A DNA stretch of 64,000 nucleotides from an uncultured Coraliomargarita sp. (GCA_964474105.1 CAYYSE010000002.1:2032-66031), one strand, 5' to 3'; numbered from the stretch's first letter, positions 48,631 to 59,300 are shown. Made by a program: numbers and translations. Notes: generated from the letters alone by a model not told the origin.

Positions 48631-49628
48631 TTGGAATAGGAGACCCGCGGATCAATGAACTTATAGGCGATATCTGTCAGGATCAGCGCAAACACGTAAA
48701 TGATCGCAGTGCAGGTCACGACGGCTTTTACGACCGGCAGATCACCGTTGGTAATCGCATCGTAGGTGACCAGCCCCACGCCGGGGATGCCGAAGAACTT
48801 CTCCAGCACCAGATTGCCCGCGATAATGACAAACGGAAGCGAAATGATGATGCGGGTAATAATCGGGATCATGGCATTCTTGAGGACGTGCTTGATCATG
48901 ATGCGGCCATTGCCGATGCCGTAGGCTTTGGCGGTGCGGACGTAGTCCCGGTTCATTTCCTCGACGATGACGGCGCGGAAGAAGCGCGTATTGTAGCCGA
49001 GCGAGACGAAGACGCTCGTCATCGTCGGCACCGCCACATAGAGCCAGTAATAATACCAGTAGTAGTAGGCGATTTCAAACCAGCTGACATCGGCATATTC
49101 GGGTGGCGGATCGATCCAGCCCTGCACCGGAAACCAGTTGAGCCCGTACGTGGTGGAGAAGATGATTTGAAAAGCGATCACGATCATCAGGTAGCTCACG
49201 CTCATGCCGACCACGGCGAAGACCATCACCGCTTTATCCCAAAAACGCCCGCGGTGGTACGCGGCCATCAAGGCCAGACCGACGCCGAGGACGTTGGAAA
49301 TGACAAAGGCCGGCAAGGCGACTGCCAACGAGACCGGCACGGTGCGGGCCAGGATCGAAGCGACTTTCTCCCCGGAGGAAATGGAGTTGCCGAAGTCAAA
49401 GGTGAAGACTTCCCGCAGGAACATCAGGTAGCGCTGCAAGAAGGGCTGGTCGTAGCCGAGCTGGCGGTGGACTGCCTCGATTTGCCCGGCAGTGGCGTTC
49501 TTGCCCAGGATGCTGTAAGTCAGATCCGGTCCAAAATAGACCATCAGCGTAAAGGCAATCAAGGTCACTCCGAACAGCAGCGGGATCGAATAAATGAGCT
49601 TCCGAATAGCGTATTGCAGTGTTTCCAT
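48627..49628 (-). CDS. Oligo/dipeptide ABC permease (OppB/DppB-like)
   Basis: LGYDQPF..RY..FL, FDFG.S, DYVRTAKAYG, KHVLKNA and EKFFGIPGVG. Confidence 0.92.
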   Translation of the reverse strand: METLQYAIRKLIYSIPLLFGVTLIAFTLMVYFGPDLTYSILGKNATAGQIEAVHRQLGYDQPFLQRYLMFLREVFTFDFGNSISSGEKVASILARTVPVSLAVALPAFVISNVLGVGLALMAAYHRGRFWDKAVMVFAVVGMSVSYLMIVIAFQIIFSTTYGLNWFPVQGWIDPPPEYADVSWFEIAYYYWYYYWLYVAVPTMTSVFVSLGYNTRFFRAVIVEEMNRDYVRTAKAYGIGNGRIMIKHVLKNAMIPIITRIIISLPFVIIAGNLVLEKFFGIPGVGLVTYDAITNGDLPVVKAVVTCTAIIYVFALILTDIAYKFIDPRVSYSK

Positions 49629-49631
49629 GGC

Positions 49632-51506
49632 TCAGTTTTGGCCCTCCTCCGGAGCTGACGGATTAATATAGGCGTATTTGAGCAAGCTCCCGTGGGGGCT
49701 CTCGGAGGGGTAAAATACCACATCACGATGCCAGATGTGCGGCTTGCTGCGCATCAGGCCGGCGATGGTGGGCACGTCCTCAAGAATGAGCTGGTTCATC
49801 TGACGGTAGCGGGCGGTGCGCTCGGGACCCGGTTGCATGGTCTTGGTCTGGCGGAAAAGTTCGTTGAATTCCGGGTCATCGTAATTGGAGGAGTTCGACC
49901 CCGGGCTTTTGTTCGGGCCGTAGTAGAGCTGGAGCACGTTTTCACTGTCGGGATAGTCCAGATTCCAGGCCATCGGGATCAGCATGACCTCCTTTTGCCG
50001 CACCGCCTTGTTGTAGTCGCCAAAAGTCGCAAATGTGCGCAGCAGGATTTTCTCGCGCGGGTAGCCGATCTTTTCCATCCAGCCACGGAATTGTTCGAAA
50101 AACTGAATATGACTCACACTGGCGGTTCCGCCGTATTCGAGTTCGGGCAGATTCTCCGGCGTCCAGCCCCCGGCTTGCAGGTAGGCTTTTGCCTGCGCGT
50201 AGTCCGCGGTGATGAAGTCCCGCGGCAGGTCGGGGTCGTGCGCGTCAAGACGCGGAGGAATGATGCCGGGAAAGATCTCACCCATTCCGTTATAAAATCT
50301 CCGGTTGCGTTGCTCCCAGTCGAAGCCCGCCCGGATCGCCTGGCGCAGCAGCAGATTGCGCCGCTCGCGCTCCGGGTCGTCGTTGTAACCGATGCGGGGG
50401 TCGTCCATGTTGAAATTCATGTAGGCAAAACCGAAGTCGGGAGAACTCATGCCCCGGAATTTTTCCGCATAATAAGGCTTCAGTTGCAGCGGCTTCAGTT
50501 GGGTGGTCACCATGTGCGTCAACTCGATCGGGATGGTGCCGAAGTGGATCTCATTGCCTTTATTCAACGAGTTCCAGCGAGTCATGTTCTCCTTCATGAA
50601 ATGCACCTCGACCCGATCCATCGCCGGGAGCCGCAGCCCTTGCAAGACCTCCAGGCCCGCCCAGCCCTGAGTCGCCGGATCATAGCCCTCCTCGGTCAGG
50701 TCAAAATATTCTTCGCGGTAGTTGCGGTTCTTCGAAAGTATCGCCTTACGGGTGGAAAAAGAATCAATTTTGTAGGGTCCGCTACCCACCGGATTCAGCC
50801 CGATTTCCTTGCCATAATACGCAACTGCTTCGACCGGCACGAAGGAGGCATACCCCATTGTCAGGGTATAGACCAACTGGGGAAAGGGCTGATTGAGCGT
50901 GATCTGCAGGGTGTGGTCATCCAGTGCCCGCAGGCCCTCAATCTCTGCGGAATAATCCGAACCGGACGCCTTCCACTCGTCGAGACCTTTGATCTTGCCC
51001 CGCCACACCCACTCCCCCTGGGGTAAGGTGGCCGGATCAAATTGACGCTGCATCGAATAGATGAAGTCGTGAACGGTGACCTCGCGGCCCGCACCGCCGG
51101 GAAAACAGGGATCATCCGCGTAGCGCACCCCCCGCTGGATGCGGAACGTATAGACCAGCCCGTCGTCGCTGACTTCGGGCATGCCCACGGCCAGCCTGGG
51201 CTTCAATTCATAAGGCCGCGCCAGATACTTATATTCATAGAACTGGTCGTAAATGCTGGTGACCATCAGACCCTCATAGGCCGTGGAGGCCTGCGCCGGA
51301 TCGATCGTGACCGCTGCGCCCGCCGTGGAAAAACGGAAGACGCGATTGAGCTGTCCCCGGTCGCTGAAGGGTTTTTTACAGCCTCCTACAGCGAGCGCCG
51401 CCCATGCGAGTATCAGCGCGGTCAGCGCTTTGCATGCTGGGGATCTGAATTGTGGCTTCACTGGCGGGTTTTTGATCGTAAACGGGTCCTGCGGAGTCTC
51501 TAGCAT
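49632..51506 (-). CDS. Family-5 peptide ABC substrate-binding lipoprotein (OppA/DppA-like)
   Basis: Lipobox VGGC, IDPA, LKPRLA..MPEVS.DG..YTF, PVG.GPY, W..DYPD.EN and GSNSSNY. Confidence 0.88.
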   Translation of the reverse strand: MLETPQDPFTIKNPPVKPQFRSPACKALTALILAWAALAVGGCKKPFSDRGQLNRVFRFSTAGAAVTIDPAQASTAYEGLMVTSIYDQFYEYKYLARPYELKPRLAVGMPEVSDDGLVYTFRIQRGVRYADDPCFPGGAGREVTVHDFIYSMQRQFDPATLPQGEWVWRGKIKGLDEWKASGSDYSAEIEGLRALDDHTLQITLNQPFPQLVYTLTMGYASFVPVEAVAYYGKEIGLNPVGSGPYKIDSFSTRKAILSKNRNYREEYFDLTEEGYDPATQGWAGLEVLQGLRLPAMDRVEVHFMKENMTRWNSLNKGNEIHFGTIPIELTHMVTTQLKPLQLKPYYAEKFRGMSSPDFGFAYMNFNMDDPRIGYNDDPERERRNLLLRQAIRAGFDWEQRNRRFYNGMGEIFPGIIPPRLDAHDPDLPRDFITADYAQAKAYLQAGGWTPENLPELEYGGTASVSHIQFFEQFRGWMEKIGYPREKILLRTFATFGDYNKAVRQKEVMLIPMAWNLDYPDSENVLQLYYGPNKSPGSNSSNYDDPEFNELFRQTKTMQPGPERTARYRQMNQLILEDVPTIAGLMRSKPHIWHRDVVFYPSESPHGSLLKYAYINPSAPEEGQN

Positions 51507-51706
51507 TTGTCATTCCGCATGGCAGCAAAGTCTCGCGAATGTTCCAGACTTAAATAACATCCAGCAGCGAAATGTCTCTCAAATCAAGCAGGATGGCACC
51601 CACACCTCACGGCCTGACTGCTGAAGCACGCACTTAAATCAGTCTCACGGTCCGGGCTTTCGAAAAAATGCTGGACCTGATTTATGTGCGGGTTAAACCG
51701 ACTAAT

Positions 51707-52421
51707 ATGTCGTTCCGAAGCCATACTAGTCCGCTGGCGATTGTCATCGCCTAACTCCTGTCCATTCACGCAGCCTCTGCCCAGGAATACATCACAGTCG
51801 AGCAACCGGCGGTGACCGATGTGCAGAATATTCGCTCGCCCCTCAACCAACTGGCTCCGTCGGTTCAAAAGGTGCCGGAGATGCAGAAGGGTCTGTTTGC
51901 TGACTACGAAGAACCCTTTATCGCCGACACCGAGGTATTGCTGAAGCCTCGCTTTTATTGCCTTTATCGCGACAACGGGGACGGCAGCTACCTGGAGTCG
52001 GCCGCCATGGGCGGGGTCCTTGGGCTGCGTTCAGGATTTTCTCCGGGTCGGTTTCACCGGGCACACCTCCCAACACCTCGACGGTTCCACCAGTCGTGAC
52101 GGGGCGAATTTGCTCCAGCCGGGGCAAGCAAGCTATTCTGCGCTGGGCGAGGCCTACCTCGAACTCAAACACGAGCGCGCGTTTTTTCGCGGTGGCATGC
52201 AGCAACTGGACATTCCCTACATCAATGCCAGTGACAGCCTGCTTTCTACCGGGCTGACGTACACCACCAAAGGCGGAAACGTGCAGAAACCTTTTGGCGG
52301 CAGCCCCAGCGTCAACTCGATCATGCTCTCGGACATGGACCGCCCCGTCGATCTGGCTGGCGCGGCACTGCGGCCGTCGGATCTCTGGGCAGGCAGTATT
52401 CAATTGCGCGGCATTTGGTGA
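51707..52421 (+). pseudogene. OprD-family outer-membrane porin pseudogene
   Basis: The signal-peptide-like start MSFRSHTSPLAIVIA*LLSIHAASAQE has an in-frame TAA at 51752. LLKPRFY...AAMGG.L...SG shifts frame at about 52035-52040 into LRVGFTGHTSQ.L...LLQPGQ.SYSALGEAY..PYIN. It then jumps to the C-terminal-like PFGGSPSVNSIMLSD. Confidence 0.65.
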
Positions 52422-52492
52422 ACGACGGCCATGAGCATGAACAGCAAGATACGCTTGCTAAAAAGCGCCTAAGCGGCTTAATCGATCTGCCG

Positions 52493-53590
52493 ATGAATTT
52501 AAAACTGCTTTCTGTTTCCAGCTTCCGCACATTTGTGCTGCTGGGTGTTCTTCTTGGCTTGTCGGCCTGCGGCCGCGGTGACAAAGCGGAGACATCCGCC
52601 GAGTTAGTCCGCCCGGTCATCTACCATCAGGTGGAGGCGGTCTCGGCAGCGTCCACCCGGTCCTTTCCCGCGCGGACCGCAGCGGCCGACATGCGGGAAC
52701 TGACTTTCCCGGTGGCGGGAGTCGTCCTGCCGGTGCCGGTTGACCAGTCGGAGCGCGTGACAAAGGGCCAGTTGCTGGCGCAACTGGATGCGCGCGACTA
52801 CGAGAGTGCGTTGAGTGCGGCGCGGGCACGGGTGGACAACGCCCGGCAGGAGCTGGACCGGGCGAACCGTCTTTTCAAGGAGGATGCCATTGCGAAAAGT
52901 GCTCTCCAACAGCGCAAGGCAGCCGCCGAGGTCGCGACAGCCGATTTTGAAGCGGCGGAGAAGGCGTTGGCCGACACGCGCATCGTGGCCCCGTTTGACG
53001 GGATCATCTCGCGGGTGCTGGTCAGCGAGTCGCAGACGGTGGCGGCGGGCACCCCGGCGGTGCGGATTTTTTCTCGCGACGAGTTGGAAGCCACCATCGC
53101 GGTGCCGGCCAACTTGATCGTCAATGCCGATGGCTCGCGCCGTGGGCAGGACAAGATCTTGGTGCGGCTCGATGCGGATCCGGGGCAGCCGATCGAGGCC
53201 AGCTTCAAAAAGGCGGAACTGGAGGCGGATGAGGCCTCGCAGACCTATGCGGTGACTTTTTCCTTTCGCTCGCCGGACAATTTAAACGTGCTGCCGGGCA
53301 TGAATGCGGAGGTGGAGCTGACCCTGCATGGGCGTAACGCACCTTCGGCCGGGGTGGCCGTGCCCCTGCGCGCGATCGCAGCGCAGGGCGATGCACGCTT
53401 CGCCTGGGTGATTGATACGGAAGCCGAACCGAACCGCCTGAGCCGTCGGGAGGTCACGGTCGCAGCGGCGGTGGGTGAATCGGTTCCGGTGGTGGCGGGG
53501 CTGTCGCCGGGCGAGGTGATTGTGGCGGCGGGTGTTGCCGGTTTGGTCGAGGGCATGGCCGTTCGGCCCTGGAATCGTTCCGCTGAGTAG
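52493..53590 (+). CDS. RND efflux periplasmic adaptor (MFP), lipoprotein
   Basis: Lipobox LSAC, V..GQLLA.LD, I.APFDG.I, LPGM.A and V.AGLSPGE.IV.AG. Confidence 0.92.
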   Translation: MNLKLLSVSSFRTFVLLGVLLGLSACGRGDKAETSAELVRPVIYHQVEAVSAASTRSFPARTAAADMRELTFPVAGVVLPVPVDQSERVTKGQLLAQLDARDYESALSAARARVDNARQELDRANRLFKEDAIAKSALQQRKAAAEVATADFEAAEKALADTRIVAPFDGIISRVLVSESQTVAAGTPAVRIFSRDELEATIAVPANLIVNADGSRRGQDKILVRLDADPGQPIEASFKKAELEADEASQTYAVTFSFRSPDNLNVLPGMNAEVELTLHGRNAPSAGVAVPLRAIAAQGDARFAWVIDTEAEPNRLSRREVTVAAAVGESVPVVAGLSPGEVIVAAGVAGLVEGMAVRPWNRSAE

Positions 53591-53626
53591 TCACGCCCCG
53601 GGCACACCTTCTGGTACCACCGAACT

Positions 53627-56600
53627 ATGAATGCCGCAGAATTTACGATCCGGAACAAGCTGCTCAGTGTTGTTCTCATTCTCATTATCCTTGGTGCCGG
53701 ATGGTCGGCCTACAAGAACATGCCACGCTTCGAGGACCCGGAGTTCACCATCCGCACGGCGATCGTGTCGGTGGCCTATCCGGGAGCCAGTCCGCAGGAG
53801 GTGGCCGAGGAAATCGTGGAGCCGTTGGAGAGTGCCATCCAGCAAATGCAGGAGGTCGAAGAGATCGTCTCCACCTCGAAGGCGGGCCGGGCCGAGCTGA
53901 GCGTGGATATCAAATACGGGTTTTCCCGCACCAAGGCGGACCTGCAAATCGTCTGGGCCAAGCTGCGCAACAAGATAGCCGATGCGGAGGCCCAGTTGCC
54001 GCCGGGGGCGGGCAAAGTCTTTGTCAATGACGACTACGGCGACGTCTATGGCTTTTATTATCTGATCACCGGGCCGGACTACAGTGTGGCCGAGCTGCGC
54101 GACTATGCGGAGGAGCTGCGCGATGAATTACTGACGGTCGAGGGAGTGGGCAAGGTCGCCGTGCTCGGCGCGCGCAACGAAGCCATCTATGTGGAAATTT
54201 CGCGTCCGGATCTGGCCCGGCTGGGACTTTCGATTAACTCGATCTACAACACGCTGAACCGGCAGAATGCGGTCAGCTCCGCCGGAAGCCTGGTGGTGGA
54301 TGGGCAACGCCTCGCCCTGCAGCCGACCGGCGGCCTCGATTCCGTGGAGTCGGTGCGCAAGCTGGCGGTGACCCAAACACCGACCGGCGGCATGGTCTAT
54401 CTGGGTGATATCGCGACGATTTACCGCGACTACCAGGACCCGCCCGCGCGGCTGGTGCGCTACGATGGCCAGCCGGCGATTGCGCTGGGGGTGGCCAACG
54501 TGCAGGGCGCTAATGTGGTCGAGGTCGGCAGCGCAGTGGAGGCGCGCATTGCGGATGCGATCAGCCGCCGCCCGGTGGGCATCGAGCTGCACGAGTTTTA
54601 CCAACAGGGCAAGGTGGTCGATGCGGCGATCAGCAATTTCGCGGTCAACGTGGTGGCGGCCCTGTTCATCGTGATCGTCACCCTGCTCCTCTTCATGGGC
54701 TACCGTTCGGCGGCGGTGATCGGCATCATTCTCTTGCTGACGGTGGCGGCCACGCTGGCCATCATGAATGTATCCGGCATCCCGATGCACCGCATCTCGC
54801 TGGGTGCCTTGATCATTGCGCTCGGTATGATGGTGGACAACGCCATCGTGGTGACCGAGGGCATTCTGGTGGGCGTGCAGCAGGGGCGCGCGAAAATGGA
54901 GATCGCCAAGGAGGTGGTCACACAGACGCAGTGGCCCTTGTTCGGAGGCACCCTGGTGGGCATCATCGCGTTTGCTCCGATCGGGTTCGCGCCTGGATCA
55001 ACCGCGGAATACACCAACCATTTGTTCTGGGTGATCATGATCTCTCTGCTCTGCAGCTGGTTCCTCGCGATCACCCTGACTCCGCTGTTCTGCTACCTCG
55101 GATTTCGGGTGCCGGAGAGCACGGCGGATGCAAGTGCTGAATCGAAGCCCAATCTCTACGCGCGGTGGATGCAGCGCGCTCTGAACTTTCGCTGGTTCGT
55201 GCTGGTCGGCACGGCGGCGCTCTTTATGGTGGCGCTGTGGGCCTTTCAATTTGCCAAGCAAAGCTTTTTCCCAAACTCGACCACGCCGCAGATGGTGGTG
55301 GATTTCTGGCTGCCCGAGGGTAACGATATTTGGCGCACGCAGGCCCAGGCGATGGAGGTGGAGCGCTACCTGCTGGAGCAGGAGGGCGTGGTCGGAGTGC
55401 AGTCGCTGATCGGTTCCGGCGGGCTGCGCTACATGCTGGTTTACGGCCCCGAGTCGCCGAACGCATCCTACGCTCAATTTTTGTTGCGCCTCGAAGATTA
55501 TAAGCAGGCGCAGACGCTTTTGCCGAAGGTGCAGGCGCATCTTGACCGCAGCTATCCCGAGGCGCAGGCCAAGGTCTGGCGTTTCTCTCTCGGGCCCGGC
55601 GGCGGCTCCAAGATCGAGGCGGAATTTTCCGGCCCCGATCCGGCCGTCCTGCGTCGATTGGCGGCTGAGGCCCTGGCAGTCATGGTCGGGGATCAGCAGG
55701 CGATCTCGATCAAGACCGACTGGCGCCAGCCGGTGAGCTATATCGAACCGGTCTTCGCGGCCACGCGCGCGCAGCGCTCCGGCATCACCCGGCAGGATTT
55801 ATCCGAGGCCCTGTTGCAGCATTCGGAGGGCAAATCAGTCGGACTCTATCGGGAGGGCGACCGCCTGCTGCCGATCATCGCCCGTGCCCCGGAGTCGGAG
55901 CGTGCGGATCCGGCTTCGCTCTATAACGTGCAGGTGCTCAGCCCGGTCAGCGGACAGGCTGTGCCGGTCGAGGAATTGGTCGAAGGCTTCAAGACGGACT
56001 GGCGCGATGGCATTCTCAAACGGGAGAACCGGATTTGGAAGATCAAGGTCCAGTCTGACCCGAGCGGCGGCGAGTTGGCCTCGACTTTGCTCGCCCGATT
56101 GCGTCCGCAGATTGAAGCGATCACTTTGCCTGACGGCTACCGCCTGGAGTGGGGCGGGGAGTTTGGTGACTCTTCCGAATCGCAGGGCGATCTGGCTTCG
56201 ACCATTCCGCTCGGCTTTATGGCTATGGTGTTGGTGGTGGTCGTGCTCTTCCGCCGCATCCGCCAGCCGCTGCTGATCTGGCTGGTGGTGCCGCTCTCGC
56301 TCATCGGGGTGGTGGCCGGTCTGGTTGGCACCGGCTTGCCGCTCGACTTCATGGGGATTCTTGGCCTCTTGTCCCTCTCGGGGCTCCTGATCAAGAACGC
56401 CATCGTGCTGGTTGACCAAATGGACATGGAGACCCAGGTCGCCACGGGCCGGGGCAAGGCGCTGATCCACGCCGCCGGCAGCCGCGTGCGCCCCGTTATG
56501 ATGGGCACCTTGACCACGGTGCTCGGTGTGATGCCGCTCTTTTTTGATGCCTTCTTTCAGTCGATGGCGGTGGTCATCGTCTTCGGCCTCACCTTTGCCA

Positions 56601-56668
56601 CCCTGCTCACCCTGGTGGTGATCCCCACGCTTTACGCCTGTTTCTTCGGTATTCACACCAACGATTAA
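53627..56668 (+). CDS. RND efflux permease (AcrB/AcrD/AcrF family)
   Basis: 1013 aa with two large periplasmic loops; ALGMMVDNAIVV, GLLIKNAIVLVD and RVRPVMMGTLTT. Confidence 0.94.
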   Translation: MNAAEFTIRNKLLSVVLILIILGAGWSAYKNMPRFEDPEFTIRTAIVSVAYPGASPQEVAEEIVEPLESAIQQMQEVEEIVSTSKAGRAELSVDIKYGFSRTKADLQIVWAKLRNKIADAEAQLPPGAGKVFVNDDYGDVYGFYYLITGPDYSVAELRDYAEELRDELLTVEGVGKVAVLGARNEAIYVEISRPDLARLGLSINSIYNTLNRQNAVSSAGSLVVDGQRLALQPTGGLDSVESVRKLAVTQTPTGGMVYLGDIATIYRDYQDPPARLVRYDGQPAIALGVANVQGANVVEVGSAVEARIADAISRRPVGIELHEFYQQGKVVDAAISNFAVNVVAALFIVIVTLLLFMGYRSAAVIGIILLLTVAATLAIMNVSGIPMHRISLGALIIALGMMVDNAIVVTEGILVGVQQGRAKMEIAKEVVTQTQWPLFGGTLVGIIAFAPIGFAPGSTAEYTNHLFWVIMISLLCSWFLAITLTPLFCYLGFRVPESTADASAESKPNLYARWMQRALNFRWFVLVGTAALFMVALWAFQFAKQSFFPNSTTPQMVVDFWLPEGNDIWRTQAQAMEVERYLLEQEGVVGVQSLIGSGGLRYMLVYGPESPNASYAQFLLRLEDYKQAQTLLPKVQAHLDRSYPEAQAKVWRFSLGPGGGSKIEAEFSGPDPAVLRRLAAEALAVMVGDQQAISIKTDWRQPVSYIEPVFAATRAQRSGITRQDLSEALLQHSEGKSVGLYREGDRLLPIIARAPESERADPASLYNVQVLSPVSGQAVPVEELVEGFKTDWRDGILKRENRIWKIKVQSDPSGGELASTLLARLRPQIEAITLPDGYRLEWGGEFGDSSESQGDLASTIPLGFMAMVLVVVVLFRRIRQPLLIWLVVPLSLIGVVAGLVGTGLPLDFMGILGLLSLSGLLIKNAIVLVDQMDMETQVATGRGKALIHAAGSRVRPVMMGTLTTVLGVMPLFFDAFFQSMAVVIVFGLTFATLLTLVVIPTLYACFFGIHTND

Positions 56669-56680
56669 TCGCCCACTTTG

Positions 56681-58075
56681 ATGATGCTACGCCCATACCC
56701 ATATCTCGCACTTCCGGTGCTCGCGCTTGTTCTGAGCGCTTGCTCCATGGTCCAAACGAAAGAGAAGACCGGCAGCCGGCAGGCCGCGTCGCTTGGGGAG
56801 CAGACGCCAGCCACGCCGGAGAGCTACCGCAGTCCGGCGCAGCCGGGGCCGGTCGAAATTGACTGGCTCGCGCGTTTCAACAGCCCTCAGCTCAATGCAC
56901 TGGTCGAGGAAGCGCAGCGCAACAACCGTGACTTGCAGGCCACTGCGGCCGCAGTGGAGCGGGCCAGGGCCCTCGCGGTCAAGGCCGGTGCCCGCCTGGA
57001 ACCCAGCCTCACCGGCGGGGCTGACGGCGGCTGGAGCGGACTCTTCGAAAACGACAGCGAGAACGGTCAAATGGGGATCAACGCCGTCGTGAGCTGGGAA
57101 ATCGACATCTGGGGCGGGCTTTCCGCCGGGCGCCGCAGCGCACTGGCCGGAGCCGAAGCAGCCGAGGCCCGGCTGGCCGCCTCGCGCCTCGCCATCGCCG
57201 CCGCTACGGCCCGCGCCTACTTTGTGGCGGTCGAGAGCCGCCTACAGGAAAATCTATCGCTGGAAAATATTCAGACCCTGGAATCGGTCAATCGTATCGT
57301 GCGCACCCAGTATGAGAACGGCTCGGCCAATTCCCAGGATGTGGCCCTCTCGGAATCGGACCTCGCACTCACGCGCGCCCAGCTGGAGGAAGTCCAACTC
57401 GCGCGCCGGGAAGCACTGCGCGCACTCGAACTGCTGCTCGGACGTTACCCGGCGGCAGATCTGGAACTGGCGGAAACGTATCCCGGACTACCGCCGGTCC
57501 CCCCGTCCGGACTGCCCTCGGAACTGCTGGAACGCCGACCCGACCTGCGGGCCGCCGAGCGGACCGTGGCCGCCGCCTTCGAGGAAACCGCGCGAACCCG
57601 CGCGGCCCGGCTGCCCAGCTTCAGCCTGACCGGTTCGGTCGGCGGCAGCTCCAGTGATCTGGACGAGGTGCTCGACCCCGCGAACGTCGCCTGGCAGGCG
57701 CTGGGCAATATCGTCGCACCCCTGCTCGATGGCGGTGCCCGCAAAGCCGGCGTGGCCATCGCCACCGCCGAGCAAAAGCAGGCCGTCGCCAATTTCGCCC
57801 AATTCGCGCTGGAGGCATTCAGTGAAGTGGAGCGTTTCCTCGACCAGGGCAGCACTCTGGACCGTCGTTCGGTGCAGGTCTTCAAAGCAGCCGACGAGGC
57901 CGGCAAGGCCCTCAAGACCGTGCAATTGCGCTATAAAGAAGGCGAGGTCCCGCTCTTCGATGTCCTCGATCTGCAGCAGCGGGTGGCCTCCCGCAAAGCC
58001 CAGGCCATCAGTATCCAGCGGCAGTTGCTGGAACAACGGGTCAACCTCTATCTCTCCCTTGGCGGTGACTGGTAA
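56681..58075 (+). CDS. Outer-membrane efflux factor (TolC/NodT/OprM family), lipoprotein
   Basis: Lipobox LSAC, LNALVEEA..NNRDL, SWEIDIWG, LPSELLERRPDLRAAE and LY.SLGGDW. Confidence 0.94.
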   Translation: MMLRPYPYLALPVLALVLSACSMVQTKEKTGSRQAASLGEQTPATPESYRSPAQPGPVEIDWLARFNSPQLNALVEEAQRNNRDLQATAAAVERARALAVKAGARLEPSLTGGADGGWSGLFENDSENGQMGINAVVSWEIDIWGGLSAGRRSALAGAEAAEARLAASRLAIAAATARAYFVAVESRLQENLSLENIQTLESVNRIVRTQYENGSANSQDVALSESDLALTRAQLEEVQLARREALRALELLLGRYPAADLELAETYPGLPPVPPSGLPSELLERRPDLRAAERTVAAAFEETARTRAARLPSFSLTGSVGGSSSDLDEVLDPANVAWQALGNIVAPLLDGGARKAGVAIATAEQKQAVANFAQFALEAFSEVERFLDQGSTLDRRSVQVFKAADEAGKALKTVQLRYKEGEVPLFDVLDLQQRVASRKAQAISIQRQLLEQRVNLYLSLGGDW

Positions 58076-58128
58076 GGGCTCTGCTCCGCGCCGCTTGGTT
58101 CGGTCTAGCTGGTGGGTGGGCACGCGGG

Positions 58129-58593
58129 CTACATTTCGAGCGGCCGTGCGCCCAGCCTGGCTAACGTGCGTCCGGTTTCATCCTGTAAAAGCAGACTCTC
58201 CTGTTGCAGCGTAAAGCTGCGGACCTCGCTCAAGGCGGCCAAAAAAGCGGCCTCCGTATCCATCTGCGGGCAGGCCATCATAGTGGTCGCCAGCGGTCCG
58301 AATTCGAGTCCCCCGTCCTCGCTGAGCGAATACTGCCCCATGATGCGGTTGCAGCCAGCTGAACCGGCCAGGCGCTGCTCCGCTTCCAGAAAAACCAGGT
58401 GCGGGGTGGGTTGTCCTTCAGCCGCCGCCACCGTTTCGCCGCGCAACGCTGCCAGCTCCCACATAAAGTCGCCCAAGCGGGCTGTGGACGCCCGCGCTGC
58501 ATCCGGCGCCGCCGTATTGGAAATGGACTGGCAGGCACTCCAGAACAGGAGGCTCAGCAGCATCAGGAAAGAAGTGGCAGTTGCGCGGTTCAT
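58129..58593 (-). CDS. META-domain (HslJ-like) lipoprotein
   Basis: Lipobox WSAC, W.L..L.G, GSAGCNR..G.Y and ATTMMAC. Confidence 0.88.
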   Translation of the reverse strand: MNRATATSFLMLLSLLFWSACQSISNTAAPDAARASTARLGDFMWELAALRGETVAAAEGQPTPHLVFLEAEQRLAGSAGCNRIMGQYSLSEDGGLEFGPLATTMMACPQMDTEAAFLAALSEVRSFTLQQESLLLQDETGRTLARLGARPLEM

Positions 58594-58835
58594 AATGTGC
58601 AATGTAGCGGATAACTCGCTTCCTTGGCAAGTGACTTCCGACTGGTGGACTAATTTTAAGGGCTTGTGTTGGAGTGCTTGATTTTTATGCTTAAATGTGG
58701 GTTGGTATTTGATTACTAGGCATTATTCGCTAATCACCTCTCTAAAGCAGGTTGATCGATGTTTTCAACCAGGTGCATGCCTGCACTTACAGGTGCTTGC
58801 GGTCAGATAATGTAATACTACGGAAATTTAATCAT

Positions 58836-59300
58836 ATGAAACGAAGAGAGGCGACAGGGCAGATATTGAAATCGTCTGCCGAAATGAATGAAATTTATCA
58901 GCAACCCGTATTCGACGAGTTTTCGATCGTTCAGTTGGTGGATAAGCTGCTCTACCTTTGCTGGTATAAAGGCAAGCGCCGGAATGAATACCTGATCAAA
59001 TTCAAGCAGGATACGGCGCGGCTCAAAAAGGAGTCGCTTTCGCGCTTTTCCAATCATTATGAAATCGGTGATTACGAATTTGTATCGGATGCCAGCGGAA
59101 TTGAGGCGGAGGCCTTTCTTGTGATTGGTGAAGGCTTGTTTTTGATTCTGACCAATACTCAATTCAATATGTCTGAAATCGCGGCAAGTCCCTTGTGGAT
59201 TAAGGCTCAAGCCAGCTTTGTCGGGCTTACCGAACGGGTCACTCAAGATCCGGTGGTGGTCTCCGAAGACGATTTCAAGAAATTGATTCCCCTCAATTGA
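58836..59300 (+). CDS. Hypothetical ~154-aa soluble protein, overlapping the polyprenyl synthase start
   Basis: Natural protein-like composition (PVFDEFSIV, GDYEF, EAFLVIGEGLFLI); the stop overlaps the next gene (TTGA). Start taken at ATG 58836. Confidence 0.65.
   Translation: MKRREATGQILKSSAEMNEIYQQPVFDEFSIVQLVDKLLYLCWYKGKRRNEYLIKFKQDTARLKKESLSRFSNHYEIGDYEFVSDASGIEAEAFLVIGEGLFLILTNTQFNMSEIAASPLWIKAQASFVGLTERVTQDPVVVSEDDFKKLIPLN

Noticed and set aside
51629-51638. CGCACTTAAA, and similar 9-10 bp matches to the element arm near 31816 and 58650
   Set aside because: Too short, with no partner arm or REP hairpin nearby; compatible with chance.
51752-51754. Stop-codon readthrough or recoding in the porin gene
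   Set aside because: The codon is TAA and further lesions follow, so decay is the simpler explanation.
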